From Planctomycetia bacterium (GTDB taxonomy: Bacteria; Planctomycetota; Planctomycetia; Gemmatales; Gemmataceae), in contig SXID01000149.1 in NCBI GenBank assembly GCA_005772955.1, positions 22,594-86,593 on the forward strand: a DNA stretch of 64,000 nt. Reading direction: 5' to 3'. The notes under the pieces are model-generated. The model ran no database searches. It was not told the DNA's origin and saw only the letters and a program-made list of their open reading frames with translations. The translations under genes and the position numbers were made by a program. Positions 38,497 through 47,428 of this stretch are shown here, piece after piece (within the stretch, counting starts at the first letter, position 1; each line of letters opens with the position of its first letter).

Positions 38497-39092
38497 TCAC
38501 GCGGGCAGAAGATCACTGACGAGCACGGCGAACCCCGGAAACACCGGAAGAGCGATCAGCGTGTCGGTCGCGGTGAAGACAACAGGCGTCTGGTTCGCCT
38601 GGTACGCGGTGACCGTTCGTGCGTCTGGGTCCGCGACCCACACAAGAACGGCCCCGGCAGTCAGGTAATCGTTGACCTTCTCATCGACATCCGGTTGCGT
38701 GTCGTTCTTGCTCCGCACCTCAACGACCAACTCCGGGATGGTGACGAGGTAACCTTCGGGGGAAACCAGAGGCGGGAGTTGCGCGGTCGTCAAGAACGCC
38801 GCGTCTGGGCCGCGCAGGTGATCCGGGTAGCGGCGGAGGATAATGCCGACTTCGCCGCGTGCTCCGCCGTAACCGCGCTGCTGGCCGTAGATGAACAGAT
38901 ACGAGGGAAACAGCACCTGACGGTAACCGTGGATGTCTCCGGGAGCGACATGACGCTCAGCCTCCCATCGTGAAGTTCGTATTTCACGGGGCCGGACGGC
39001 AAACGATCCGGCAGTGCGGCGACATCCGCGGCGGTAAGCAGCCGAGTGCCACCGTGGACCGGCGTCGGCGGGGGAAGTGTTGCGGTACTCAT
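38497..39092 (-). pseudogene. Uma2/DUF820 endonuclease-like gene with a 1-bp frameshift near 38945
   Basis: MSTATL...YELHDGRLSVMS in one frame; GDIHG...RGPDAAF...PELVVEVRS...YL..G..LVWV.DP in another. Confidence 0.8.
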
Positions 39093-39101
39093 GTCTTGAT
39101 T

Positions 39102-40565
39102 CTACACCACGGGGCGCTTCGTGTGCCAGTCGGTTGCGGCTTCGTACATGCGCGCGATGCGGAGCAACTTCTCCTCCGCAAACGGGCCGCCCAGCAGTTG
39201 CAGTCCGATGGGCAAGCCGGTTTTCGTGAAGCCGCACGGGATGCTCAGTCCGGGAATGCCCGCGAGGTTGCACGACACCGTGTACACATCCGACAAGTAT
39301 AGCGCGAGCGGGTCGTCCGACTTCTCGCCCGCCTTGAACGCGGCCGTCGGCGTCGTCGGTCCCATCACCACGTCGCACGAGTTGAAAGCATCGTCGAAGT
39401 CCTTCTTCACCAGTCGGCGCACCTTCAGCGCTTTCAGGTAATAGGCGTCCTTGTAGCCGCTCGAAAGCACGTAGGTTCCCAGAATGATGCGGCGTTGCAC
39501 TTCCGGGCCGAAGCCATCTCCCCTCGACTTGGAGTAGGTCGCGATCAGGTCACACTTCGTCGCGGTGCGGTGGCCGTAGTGCATCCCGTCGAAGCGAGCG
39601 AGGTTGCTCGACGCTTCCGCCGGCGCGACGATGTAGTACGCCGCAAGCGCATACGGGCTGTGTGGCAACGACACGTCAACCAACGTCGCACCGCGCTTCT
39701 CGTACTCCTTCAGCGCGGCCCGAACGGACGCTTCCACTTCCGCGTCGAGTCCTTGCCCAAAGAACTCTTTCGGCACGCCGATGCGAAGCCCCTTCACCGG
39801 GTCGTTCACGGTGCGCGTGTACGCCGGCACTGGTTCGTTCACGCTCGTGCTATCTCGCTTGTCGTAACCCGCGATGGCTTCCATCAGCAGCGCGCAATCG
39901 GTGACATCGTGGCTGAACGGGCCGACCTGGTCCAAGGAACTCGCGAACGCGATGAGTCCATATCGGCTCACACGGCCGTAGGTTGGCTTCATGCCGACGA
40001 TGCCGCACAGTGCCGCGGGTTGCCGGATCGAACCGCCGGTGTCGGTGCCGAGTGAGAGCGGCGCCTGCCCCCCCGCGACAGACGCGGCACTTCCGCCCGA
40101 CGAACCGCCGGGAATGCAGTTCGTGTCCCAGGGGTTGCGCGTGGTGTGGTACGCGCTGTTCTCCGTGGACGACCCCATCGCGAACTCGTCCATGTTCGTC
40201 TTTCCGAAGATGATCGCATCTTGCGTTTTCAGCCGTTCGACAACATCCGCGTCGTAGGGCGGGACGAAGTTATCCAGAATCTTGCTCGAACACGTGGTGC
40301 GGATACCCTTCGTACAAAGCACGTCCTTCACCGCGACCGGCACGCCCGCGAGTTTGCCGAGCGGTTCGCCTTTCGCGCGCTTCGCGTCGATGGTTTTCGC
40401 TTGTTCGCGCACCGCGTCCGCATCGGGCGCGAGCATGAACGACTTGAGTTTCGGCTCGCGCGCAGCGGTTGCCGCGAGGAACGCGTCCGCGATCTCCGCG
40501 GCGCTCGCCTTGCCTTCGGCCTGAAGGGTAAGGAGTTCGGTCGCGGTCTTCTCGATGAGGGACAT
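39102..40565 (-). CDS. gatA: Glu-tRNA(Gln) amidotransferase subunit A
   Basis: [33 protein letters not shown]; follows gatC. Confidence 0.97.
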   Translation of the reverse strand: MSLIEKTATELLTLQAEGKASAAEIADAFLAATAAREPKLKSFMLAPDADAVREQAKTIDAKRAKGEPLGKLAGVPVAVKDVLCTKGIRTTCSSKILDNFVPPYDADVVERLKTQDAIIFGKTNMDEFAMGSSTENSAYHTTRNPWDTNCIPGGSSGGSAASVAGGQAPLSLGTDTGGSIRQPAALCGIVGMKPTYGRVSRYGLIAFASSLDQVGPFSHDVTDCALLMEAIAGYDKRDSTSVNEPVPAYTRTVNDPVKGLRIGVPKEFFGQGLDAEVEASVRAALKEYEKRGATLVDVSLPHSPYALAAYYIVAPAEASSNLARFDGMHYGHRTATKCDLIATYSKSRGDGFGPEVQRRIILGTYVLSSGYKDAYYLKALKVRRLVKKDFDDAFNSCDVVMGPTTPTAAFKAGEKSDDPLALYLSDVYTVSCNLAGIPGLSIPCGFTKTGLPIGLQLLGGPFAEEKLLRIARMYEAATDWHTKRPVV

Positions 40566-40617
40566 GGGTGTTCCCGTGGGGTGGAACAAGGCACTACGCC
40601 GTCCCACCTCTTTTCTT

Positions 40618-40686
40618 GTGTCACAGACATTCCTGTCTGTGCTGGTATGCGACACGGAGCAGCACAGACAAGAATGTCTGTGCCAC
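40618..40686. repeat. Inverted REP-like pair in the gatC-gatA spacer
   Basis: GTGTCACAGACATTCCTGTCTGTGCTG / CAGCACAGACAAGAATGTCTGTGCCAC. Confidence 0.8.
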
Positions 40687-40712
40687 GAACATCAAGACGA
40701 AGACAGGACGGA

Positions 40713-41021
40713 TCAGTGACTGACGGGTTCGTCGGTGTCGAAGACCGCGGGGACGCCGAAATAGTCGCCGACCTTGCTCGGCGCGTTCTGGAGCGCAGCA
40801 TCCACAGGCAGAGAGGGAGTGGGTTCGTCGGGGCGGAACACGTTCTGCACGGGTAACGGGTGCGCGAGCGGTTCGACGCCATCGGTATTCAGTTGGTTCA
40901 GTTGGTCGATGTAATCGAGGATCGCGGATAGTTGGACCTGCATCCGCGCGAGGTCCGGTTCGGACATTTCGAGCCGTGCCAACTTCGCGACCTTGCGCAC
41001 GTCGTCGAGTGAAAGGGACAT
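40713..41021 (-). CDS. gatC: Glu-tRNA(Gln) amidotransferase subunit C
   Basis: DVRKVAKLARL, ILDYIDQL, FRPDE, NAP....YF.VP.V. Confidence 0.95.
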   Translation of the reverse strand: MSLSLDDVRKVAKLARLEMSEPDLARMQVQLSAILDYIDQLNQLNTDGVEPLAHPLPVQNVFRPDEPTPSLPVDAALQNAPSKVGDYFGVPAVFDTDEPVSH

Positions 41022-41123
41022 GATTTTTCTCGTTACGAAGAAGCCGCTTGCAGATTCGCGAGTGCGCCCCGGCGCGGAACTCGCGAAGCCGCAAGCGGCT
41101 TCAAACGGCCAGGCTGGGTTGTC

Positions 41124-43040
41124 TTACGACGCCTTCGCGACTTCGGCCGCGCGGCTCTCACGCACCAGTGTCACCAGCGCGTCCACGCTCAGCCCGATGT
41201 CGGCCAGCAGTTCGCCGCGTTCGCCGTGTTCGATGAACTTGTCGGGGATGCCGCGACGCACCACGTTCCGCGTATCGAGACCGACTGCGTTGGCAGCTTC
41301 AAGCACCGCGGACCCAAAGCCGCCTTCGAGCGTACCTTCCTCGACCGTTACCACAAGCGGGAGCGTTTCGATCGCGCGGAACATCGTCTCTTGGTCGAGC
41401 GGCTTCACGAACCGGGCATTGATCACGCCGATGTGAATGCCTTCCGCCTTCAGTTTCTTCGCGGCCGCGGTGCAGTTTGAAAGCAACGTGCCGAACGCGA
41501 TGAAACAGCCATCTTCGCCCCAGTCGATGACTTCCGCCTTGCCCATCTCGATTGGTGTAGACGGTTCGGAGCGTTCAATCTTCTCCAGATTCGTCTTCGG
41601 GTACCGCATCGAGATCGGCCCGGTGTGTTTGAGCGCGAACTTCAGCATCGGCCCGACGTCCGTCTCGTCGCCGGGCGCCATGCTCACCATGTTCGGGAAC
41701 AGCCGCATGTACGGGATGTCGAACACCCCGTGGTGAGTCGGTCCGTCCGGCCCGGTCAGACCGGCGCGGTCCATCAAGAATGTGACGTGCAGGTTCTGGA
41801 GGCACACTTCCTGGAAGATCTGATCGAAACTGCGCTGCAGGAACGTGCTGTAGATATCCACCACGGGGTTCGCGCCGGCCTTCGCCATGCCCGCCGCGAA
41901 CGCGACCGCGTGGCTCTCGCAGATGCCGACGTCGTGGAATCGGTCCGGGAAGTCCTCGCGGATCTTTTCGAGCTTGTTGCCCTGGCACATCGCGGCCGTC
42001 ATCACCGCGACCGTCGGGTCGTCCTGCATCGCCTGGTGCAGCGCGAAACTGATCGCGTCGGTGTAACCCTTCGCCCCGCCCTTCTTGAAGGAGACGATGG
42101 CGCGGTCCGGCCCAACCTCGGCGAACACCGGCGGTGTGTGGTACGTGACCGGGTCTTCGGCTGCCTGCGGGACACCGTGCCCCTTGTTCGTGAACACGTG
42201 CAGCAGGATCGGACCTTCTTGCGTCTTCAGATCGCGTAGAATCTTCCGCAAACCGACGAGGTCGTGACCGTCTACCGGGCCGAAATACCGGAAGCCGAGT
42301 TCCTCGAACAGCATCCCGTCTTTGAAGAACGCTTTCATCCCATCGCGGAACTGCTCAAGTGCGGAGTGAGCCATACCCCCTATTACCGGAATGTTGTTCA
42401 GGAGTTGGTTCAGTCGGCGTTTGCTGCCCTGATAGAGGCCCGTCATGCGGCACTGGTCGAAGTACTTGCCCACGCCGCCGGTTCGCGGGCAGATGGACAT
42501 CTTGTTGTCGTTGAGGATGACCAGTGTGTTCTGGTTCATCCCGCCGATGTTGTTGAGCGCCTCGAACACGATGCCTGACGGGAACGCACCATCGCCGATC
42601 ACCGCGACCGCGTGGTTATCTTTGCGGCCCATCAACTCGTCGCCGGCCTTGAGTCCCGACGCGGTGGAAACGCTACAACCCGCGTGGCCGGTCATGAACA
42701 GGTCGTACTCGCTCTCTCCCGGATGGGGGAACCCCATCAACCCGCCCTTTGTGCGGATCGTATGGAACTTGTCGTAGCGGCCGGTGATGAGTTTCTGCGG
42801 GTAGATCTGATGGCCCGTGTCCCAGATGAGCCGGTCCTTGTTCTTCGAGAAGTCGAAGGTAAGGTGCAGCGCCATGCACAGTTCGACCACGCCAAGGTTG
42901 CTGGCGAAGTGCGCGGGGCGATTGGTGAGTACCCTGATCAGTTCATCGCGGATCTCATGCGAAAGCCCCAACAGTTGCTCGTCCGAGAGTTTCTGCAGGT
43001 CAGTTGGGGATGCAATCTGCGACAACTGGTTCGTCGTCAT
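41124..43040 (-). CDS. dxs: 1-deoxy-D-xylulose-5-phosphate synthase
   Basis: HFASNLG.VEL, WDTGHQ.Y, GDGA...NDN TPP motif, DVGICE.HAV, DRAG..G.DG.TH. Confidence 0.97.
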   Translation of the reverse strand: MTTNQLSQIASPTDLQKLSDEQLLGLSHEIRDELIRVLTNRPAHFASNLGVVELCMALHLTFDFSKNKDRLIWDTGHQIYPQKLITGRYDKFHTIRTKGGLMGFPHPGESEYDLFMTGHAGCSVSTASGLKAGDELMGRKDNHAVAVIGDGAFPSGIVFEALNNIGGMNQNTLVILNDNKMSICPRTGGVGKYFDQCRMTGLYQGSKRRLNQLLNNIPVIGGMAHSALEQFRDGMKAFFKDGMLFEELGFRYFGPVDGHDLVGLRKILRDLKTQEGPILLHVFTNKGHGVPQAAEDPVTYHTPPVFAEVGPDRAIVSFKKGGAKGYTDAISFALHQAMQDDPTVAVMTAAMCQGNKLEKIREDFPDRFHDVGICESHAVAFAAGMAKAGANPVVDIYSTFLQRSFDQIFQEVCLQNLHVTFLMDRAGLTGPDGPTHHGVFDIPYMRLFPNMVSMAPGDETDVGPMLKFALKHTGPISMRYPKTNLEKIERSEPSTPIEMGKAEVIDWGEDGCFIAFGTLLSNCTAAAKKLKAEGIHIGVINARFVKPLDQETMFRAIETLPLVVTVEEGTLEGGFGSAVLEAANAVGLDTRNVVRRGIPDKFIEHGERGELLADIGLSVDALVTLVRESRAAEVAKAS

Positions 43041-43065
43041 GGTCAAACCTCATGGACAAATCACG

Positions 43066-43136
43066 AGTCGCGAGTAACGAGGAAAGACAACGGTCCGCTT
43101 GTTTCTCCCGTCACTCGTTACTCGTCACTTACTTCT
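43066..43136. repeat. Heptamer-periodic inverted repeat
   Basis: AGTCGCG AGTAACG ... CGTCACT CGTTACT CGTCACT. Confidence 0.7.
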
Positions 43137-44259
43137 CCCGTGTCACCACGTACCGGGCCAGGTCCGCGAGCAGCGTGCTACCGAGTTGTCCGGCGGCCGC
43201 GACCGCGTGTTGGCCCAGTTCCTCTGCCCTTCTCCGCGATTCCTCAACGCCAAGGAGTCCGGGGTAGGTCATTTTCCCGCGAGCGGCGTCTTTGCCCACC
43301 CGCTTGCCGACTTTATCAGCCGTACTTTCGACATCTAACAAGTCGTCCGTCACCTGGAACGCCAACCCGAACGCCGCGGCGTAGTCATCGGCTGCTTGCA
43401 GTGCCTTCGGGTCGGCTCCCGCGGGTCGCTCGGCTTGTGCCGCGTAAACTCCGAGTCGCAGCGACGAGCGGAACAGCGCGCCCGTTTTGCGGGCGTGGAT
43501 GTTTTCAAGCAGACCTCTCTCCCCAACCCCCTCCCCTAAGAAGGGAGGGGGAGAAAGACAACCTCTGGCTTGCGCTCGCGGTTCTTCGGAAGGTGCGGCT
43601 CCAGCCGCACCGCAGGCTCCCCCTCCCTTCTTAGGGGAGGGGATTGGGGGGAGAGGTTCTGCGCTCAACCGCCCCTCGGCTTCGAGGTCGAGCGTTTGCC
43701 CACCGACCATCCCAACCGCCCCGGAACCGCGAGCCAACTCTACACAACTAACCGCAGCGGTCCGCGCCGGGTAACTCGTTCCGATCACTTCAAACGCGGC
43801 TGTCAGCAGCGCGTCGCCCGCGAGAATCGCCAGTGCCTCGCTGAACTTCTTGTGGCACGTCGGCTGTCCGCGTCGGAGGTCGTCGTCGTCCATCGCCGGC
43901 AGGGCGTCATGAATCAGCGAGTATGTGTGAATCATTTCCACCGCACATGCGGATGGCAACGCCAACTCCAACGAGCCGCCCGTTGCTTCGCACGCCAACA
44001 CCACCAACAACGGGCGGAGTCGCTTGCCCGGTGAGAACAGGCTGTACGCCATCGCGTCGGCCAATATTGGGGGCGCGTCCGCAGCCACCTGCGCCAGGGC
44101 CGCACGCAGCGCCTGTTCCACACGGTCCTGACGCGGCTTCAAGGCTTCCAGTAACGAACCGGACCCAGACCCGGCGAAGCCCAAAGATGCAGTATTACAG
44201 ACTTTGCATTGCAAAGCCACCCGACTTTGGGCTTCATCGGTAATTGATCCCGGTGTCAT
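43129..44259 (-). CDS. ispA: Polyprenyl (farnesyl) diphosphate synthase
   Basis: GKRLRP, HDALPAMDDDDLRRG, GQ.LDL, KTG, FQVTDDLLD; xseB-ispA-dxs order; ATGA overlap with xseB. Carries an in-frame repeat. Confidence 0.9.
   Translation of the reverse strand: MTPGSITDEAQSRVALQCKVCNTASLGFAGSGSGSLLEALKPRQDRVEQALRAALAQVAADAPPILADAMAYSLFSPGKRLRPLLVVLACEATGGSLELALPSACAVEMIHTYSLIHDALPAMDDDDLRRGQPTCHKKFSEALAILAGDALLTAAFEVIGTSYPARTAAVSCVELARGSGAVGMVGGQTLDLEAEGRLSAEPLPPIPSPKKGGGACGAAGAAPSEEPRAQARGCLSPPPFLGEGVGERGLLENIHARKTGALFRSSLRLGVYAAQAERPAGADPKALQAADDYAAAFGLAFQVTDDLLDVESTADKVGKRVGKDAARGKMTYPGLLGVEESRRRAEELGQHAVAAAGQLGSTLLADLARYVVTREK
43513..43657. repeat. Palindromic element inserted in frame in ispA
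   Basis: 41-bp arms (39/41 complementary; left arm 40/41 identical to the aas copy) around a 63-nt spacer. Confidence 0.95.
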
Positions 44260-44570
44260 TCAGGTATTCCCGGATCGCGTGCGGTTTTGCGGACGGCTGC
44301 CTTTGCAGTTTCGATGGAGGCGACATGGTCGAACGGCTTGAGTTCGGCCCCACTTTCTTCGCTGACCCCGGCGAGCAACTTCACCTTCTGTTCGGCGTCG
44401 CGGAGTTGGCCGTAGCACTGTCGAAGGAGTGTCACGCCGCGTTCGTAGCGATTGAGGGCGTCTTCGAGCGTGGTGGTGCCGTCTTCCAGTTCGCGCAGGA
44501 TGCCGTCGAGTTCAACGAGCGCCTGCTCGAATCGCAACGGAGAGGCAGACGTTGTTGAGATGTCTGGCAT
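44256..44570 (-). CDS. xseB: Exodeoxyribonuclease VII small subunit
   Basis: FEQAL.ELD.I..ELE.G...LE.AL..YERG..L...C...L..AEQKV. Confidence 0.95.
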   Translation of the reverse strand: MPDISTTSASPLRFEQALVELDGILRELEDGTTTLEDALNRYERGVTLLRQCYGQLRDAEQKVKLLAGVSEESGAELKPFDHVASIETAKAAVRKTARDPGIPE

Positions 44571-44672
44571 GGGTGTACGTCCCATCCGTGGGCGAAGGCG
44601 TTTAGTGTTGGCCCCGTAGGGGCCAGCTTTCCGCGCTGGGTTGCGTGAAGCATCGCCCCTGCGGGACGAACG

Positions 44673-45941
44673 CTAAACGGGATCCTGTTCTTCGTTGGCG
44701 CCTTGCGCCAGGTTTCCGTTCGTCCCAGTAACGAGCGAGCGAATCACCCCAGAAGCGACGCGCGTGACGAGTACGTCGCCCGGTCGCAGTGCGGCGGTGT
44801 CGCGAACGAGTTGGCCATCGTTCGTGTGCGTCAAACTATAACCACGGGCGAGAACCTGCAAGGGGCTAAGCGTCTCCAGTTGGGCCGAACGCGACGCGAG
44901 TTCTTGTGCAACCTGAACGAGGCGTTGCTTTGCGGCGCGAGCGAGGCGCTCGCAAGTCTCATCGAGGCGCTGTCCGAGGTCGTTGATCCGCTGGAGTGGA
45001 AGCCGGATCGCGGGTCGCGTTGCGAACTGTTCGAGGCGTTGCTTCGCGAGCTTGATTCTGCGCTCGGCCGCGTCGCCCATGCGGGTTCGCAAATCGCGCA
45101 GCGACGCGAGCAGTTCCTGCCGGTCAGGCGTGAGCGCGACGACCGCAGCCGTCGGCGTTTCAGCGCGGTGGTCCGCGACGAGGTCGGCAATCGTCACGTC
45201 AATCTCATGACCGACGGCCGACACCACCGGCACGTTCGAGTTGAAGATCGCGTCCGCGACTGACTCCTCGTTGAATGCCCACAGATCCTCTGTGCTGCCG
45301 CCACCGCGCCCGAGGATGATCACGTCGAACGAGAGCTTGTTGTTCCGGTGTAGCCAGTTGAGTTGCCGCACCGCGAGCGAGATGTCGTGCGCGGCGCCTT
45401 CGCCCTGCACACGCGATGGCCGCACGATGAGTTCCGTGAACGGCCAGCGTTGCGCGAACACTTCGATCATGTCGCGAATCGCGGCGCCGGTTGCGCTTGC
45501 GACAAGCCCCACGCGCTGCGGCGGTCGCGGAAGTGCCCGCTTGCGTGCCTGACTGAAGTAGCCCTTCGCGAGCAACTTCTCTTTCAGTTGTCGGAGTGCG
45601 AGTTCCGCAGCCCCGACACCCTTCGGTTGCATCTCCTCGACGATGAACTGATATTCGCCTCGCGGGTCGTAAACGGTGAGCCGCCCGCGGGCGATGATTT
45701 CCATGCCGTTGCGCAAGTCGAACCGGAGCCGCAGGTTGATACCGCGGAACGCGACCGTCTTGATCTGCGCGCCGTCGTCCTTGAGCGTGAAATACCAGTG
45801 CCCACTGGACGCGCGTGTGAAGTTCGACACTTCGCCCGCGACCCACACGGACAGGAACTTCCCTTCGAGTGTGCCTCGCACCTGTGCGGTGAGTTGCGAC
45901 ACCGAGAGCGGTGTAACGGCAGTTTTGGGGACGGCGCTCAT
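44673..45941 (-). CDS. xseA: Exodeoxyribonuclease VII large subunit
   Basis: VWV.GEVSN, SGHWYFTLKD, RGGGS.EDLWAFN, AVGHE.D.TIAD.VAD.RA.TPTAA. Confidence 0.97.
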   Translation of the reverse strand: MSAVPKTAVTPLSVSQLTAQVRGTLEGKFLSVWVAGEVSNFTRASSGHWYFTLKDDGAQIKTVAFRGINLRLRFDLRNGMEIIARGRLTVYDPRGEYQFIVEEMQPKGVGAAELALRQLKEKLLAKGYFSQARKRALPRPPQRVGLVASATGAAIRDMIEVFAQRWPFTELIVRPSRVQGEGAAHDISLAVRQLNWLHRNNKLSFDVIILGRGGGSTEDLWAFNEESVADAIFNSNVPVVSAVGHEIDVTIADLVADHRAETPTAAVVALTPDRQELLASLRDLRTRMGDAAERRIKLAKQRLEQFATRPAIRLPLQRINDLGQRLDETCERLARAAKQRLVQVAQELASRSAQLETLSPLQVLARGYSLTHTNDGQLVRDTAALRPGDVLVTRVASGVIRSLVTGTNGNLAQGANEEQDPV

Positions 45942-47377
45942 TACGGTGCGCGCACGAGGTAAATGGGATCACCCTGCTGATCGTGCATACAGCATAACAA
46001 TCCGAGGTGGCTGAACGCAGCGCGATCTTCCCACTCTTGGCGAATCAGGAGAGCGAACGCGCCCGATGGTAGCGACCGCACGTCGGTGAGACGCAGCGCG
46101 GGCCGAGCGTAGTAGAACATCACGCCTTCGTCCTTCAACTTGAATACGTGCAGTGGTTGACCGGTTGGGACGCGAGCGCGGAGCGCTGCGCCGGTGGCTT
46201 CCGCGTTGCGGCCCTCCGCGCGCTGTGGAATGACGACTTCCACGAACACGATCTTTGCAATGAACCAACACAAAAGGAAGGCGAGGACGAAAGGCAACCT
46301 ACCCCCCCAACCCCCCTCCCTGAAGGGAGGGGGGGTTGGGGGGGTAGGTCTCTTCAGCAACCCCATTACACCGAGTCCCATCAGCCCGGCGCTCATGGGC
46401 AGTGCATAGCGTATGTTGTGGTTTGGCACGAGCGTCCAGAAGAACAGGTTCGGCCAGGTCCAGCAGTGAAGCAATTGGAGGAGTAACTTCCCACGATCGT
46501 CCCATTGCTTCCAGAAGGTCGGCCGCAGCGTGAGCATCGCGAACGCGGACACGGGAAGGTGCGCTGCGAACACGCTGAGCGGGTACGTCGCGAGTTCCGC
46601 CCACGGATAGCCCTTGCTCGCCTTCGGCGCGAACCGGTACGCGGCCTCCTTGCGGAGCGTGTCCGCGAGCGCGTCCCAGCCGACTTGTTGCACAACGGCG
46701 AATGCCCACAGCGCGCACGTGGCGCACGCGACGCTGACAGCGAGTAGGTGCCGCCAGCCGAAGAGCAGCGCGAGTTGACGCCGCCACGCGAGCAACGGAA
46801 TCACCGTGAGGTAGAAGAACGCGGGCGCGGTCCACTTCGTCAGCGTGCCACCCGCGACACAGAGCAACGACGTTATCCAGAATCCCAGAGCCGCGCGCCC
46901 TTCGCTTTCGAGCGCGCGGTGAAACAGCATGATCGCGGCCGTGACCCAGCCCACGAGCGTCATGTCGATTTCCGCGCTCGGCACCTTGTCGAGCCACAGC
47001 ACCGAACACGGTAGCAACACCGCGACCAGCAACGCGGCCTTCTCACCCAGGACGCGGCGGAACATGCCGTACATCAGCACAACGCTGAGTGTCGCGGCAA
47101 ATATTGAAGGGAGACGTGCGCTCGCGGCGCTCACTTCGCCGAACAGCAGGCTGCACAGCGCGACCGCAACGTAGTGACCAGGCGGTTTCGTCAGGAACGG
47201 TTCGCCATACAGCACCGGATACAGCCATTGTCCTTCGAGGCACGATCGGCCGATGATCGCCCGTAGCGATTCCGTGCGATACAGCGGACCAGCCGCGACG
47301 CCGTACAGAAAGAGAAACGCGCACCACCCCGCGACGAACACCGGCATGAACCGCATCGCGCGAAACCTGGGGCGCAA
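45941..47377 (-). CDS. ArnT/PMT-family membrane glycosyltransferase
   Basis: TKPP, ARLPS, EID, LTKW, many TM helices, RY.LP. Carries an in-frame repeat. Confidence 0.85.
   Translation of the reverse strand: MRPRFRAMRFMPVFVAGWCAFLFLYGVAAGPLYRTESLRAIIGRSCLEGQWLYPVLYGEPFLTKPPGHYVAVALCSLLFGEVSAASARLPSIFAATLSVVLMYGMFRRVLGEKAALLVAVLLPCSVLWLDKVPSAEIDMTLVGWVTAAIMLFHRALESEGRAALGFWITSLLCVAGGTLTKWTAPAFFYLTVIPLLAWRRQLALLFGWRHLLAVSVACATCALWAFAVVQQVGWDALADTLRKEAAYRFAPKASKGYPWAELATYPLSVFAAHLPVSAFAMLTLRPTFWKQWDDRGKLLLQLLHCWTWPNLFFWTLVPNHNIRYALPMSAGLMGLGVMGLLKRPTPPTPPPFREGGWGGRLPFVLAFLLCWFIAKIVFVEVVIPQRAEGRNAEATGAALRARVPTGQPLHVFKLKDEGVMFYYARPALRLTDVRSLPSGAFALLIRQEWEDRAAFSHLGLLCCMHDQQGDPIYLVRAP
46297..46348. 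repeat. Short single-hairpin form of the palindromic element, in frame in the ArnT-like gene
   Basis: Perfect 24-bp stem ACCTACCCCCCCAACCCCCCTCCC-TGAA-reverse complement; encodes RPTPPTPPPFREGGWGGRL. Confidence 0.95.
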
Positions 47378-47428
47378 CGAGATGAGTGACGCGAGTCGAA
47401 TCGGCGGCCTCCTTGCCTTCTCTGCGGA

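Noticed and set aside
41124-45941. xseA-xseB-ispA-dxs cluster as a special pathway
   Set aside because: Widely conserved bacterial gene order.
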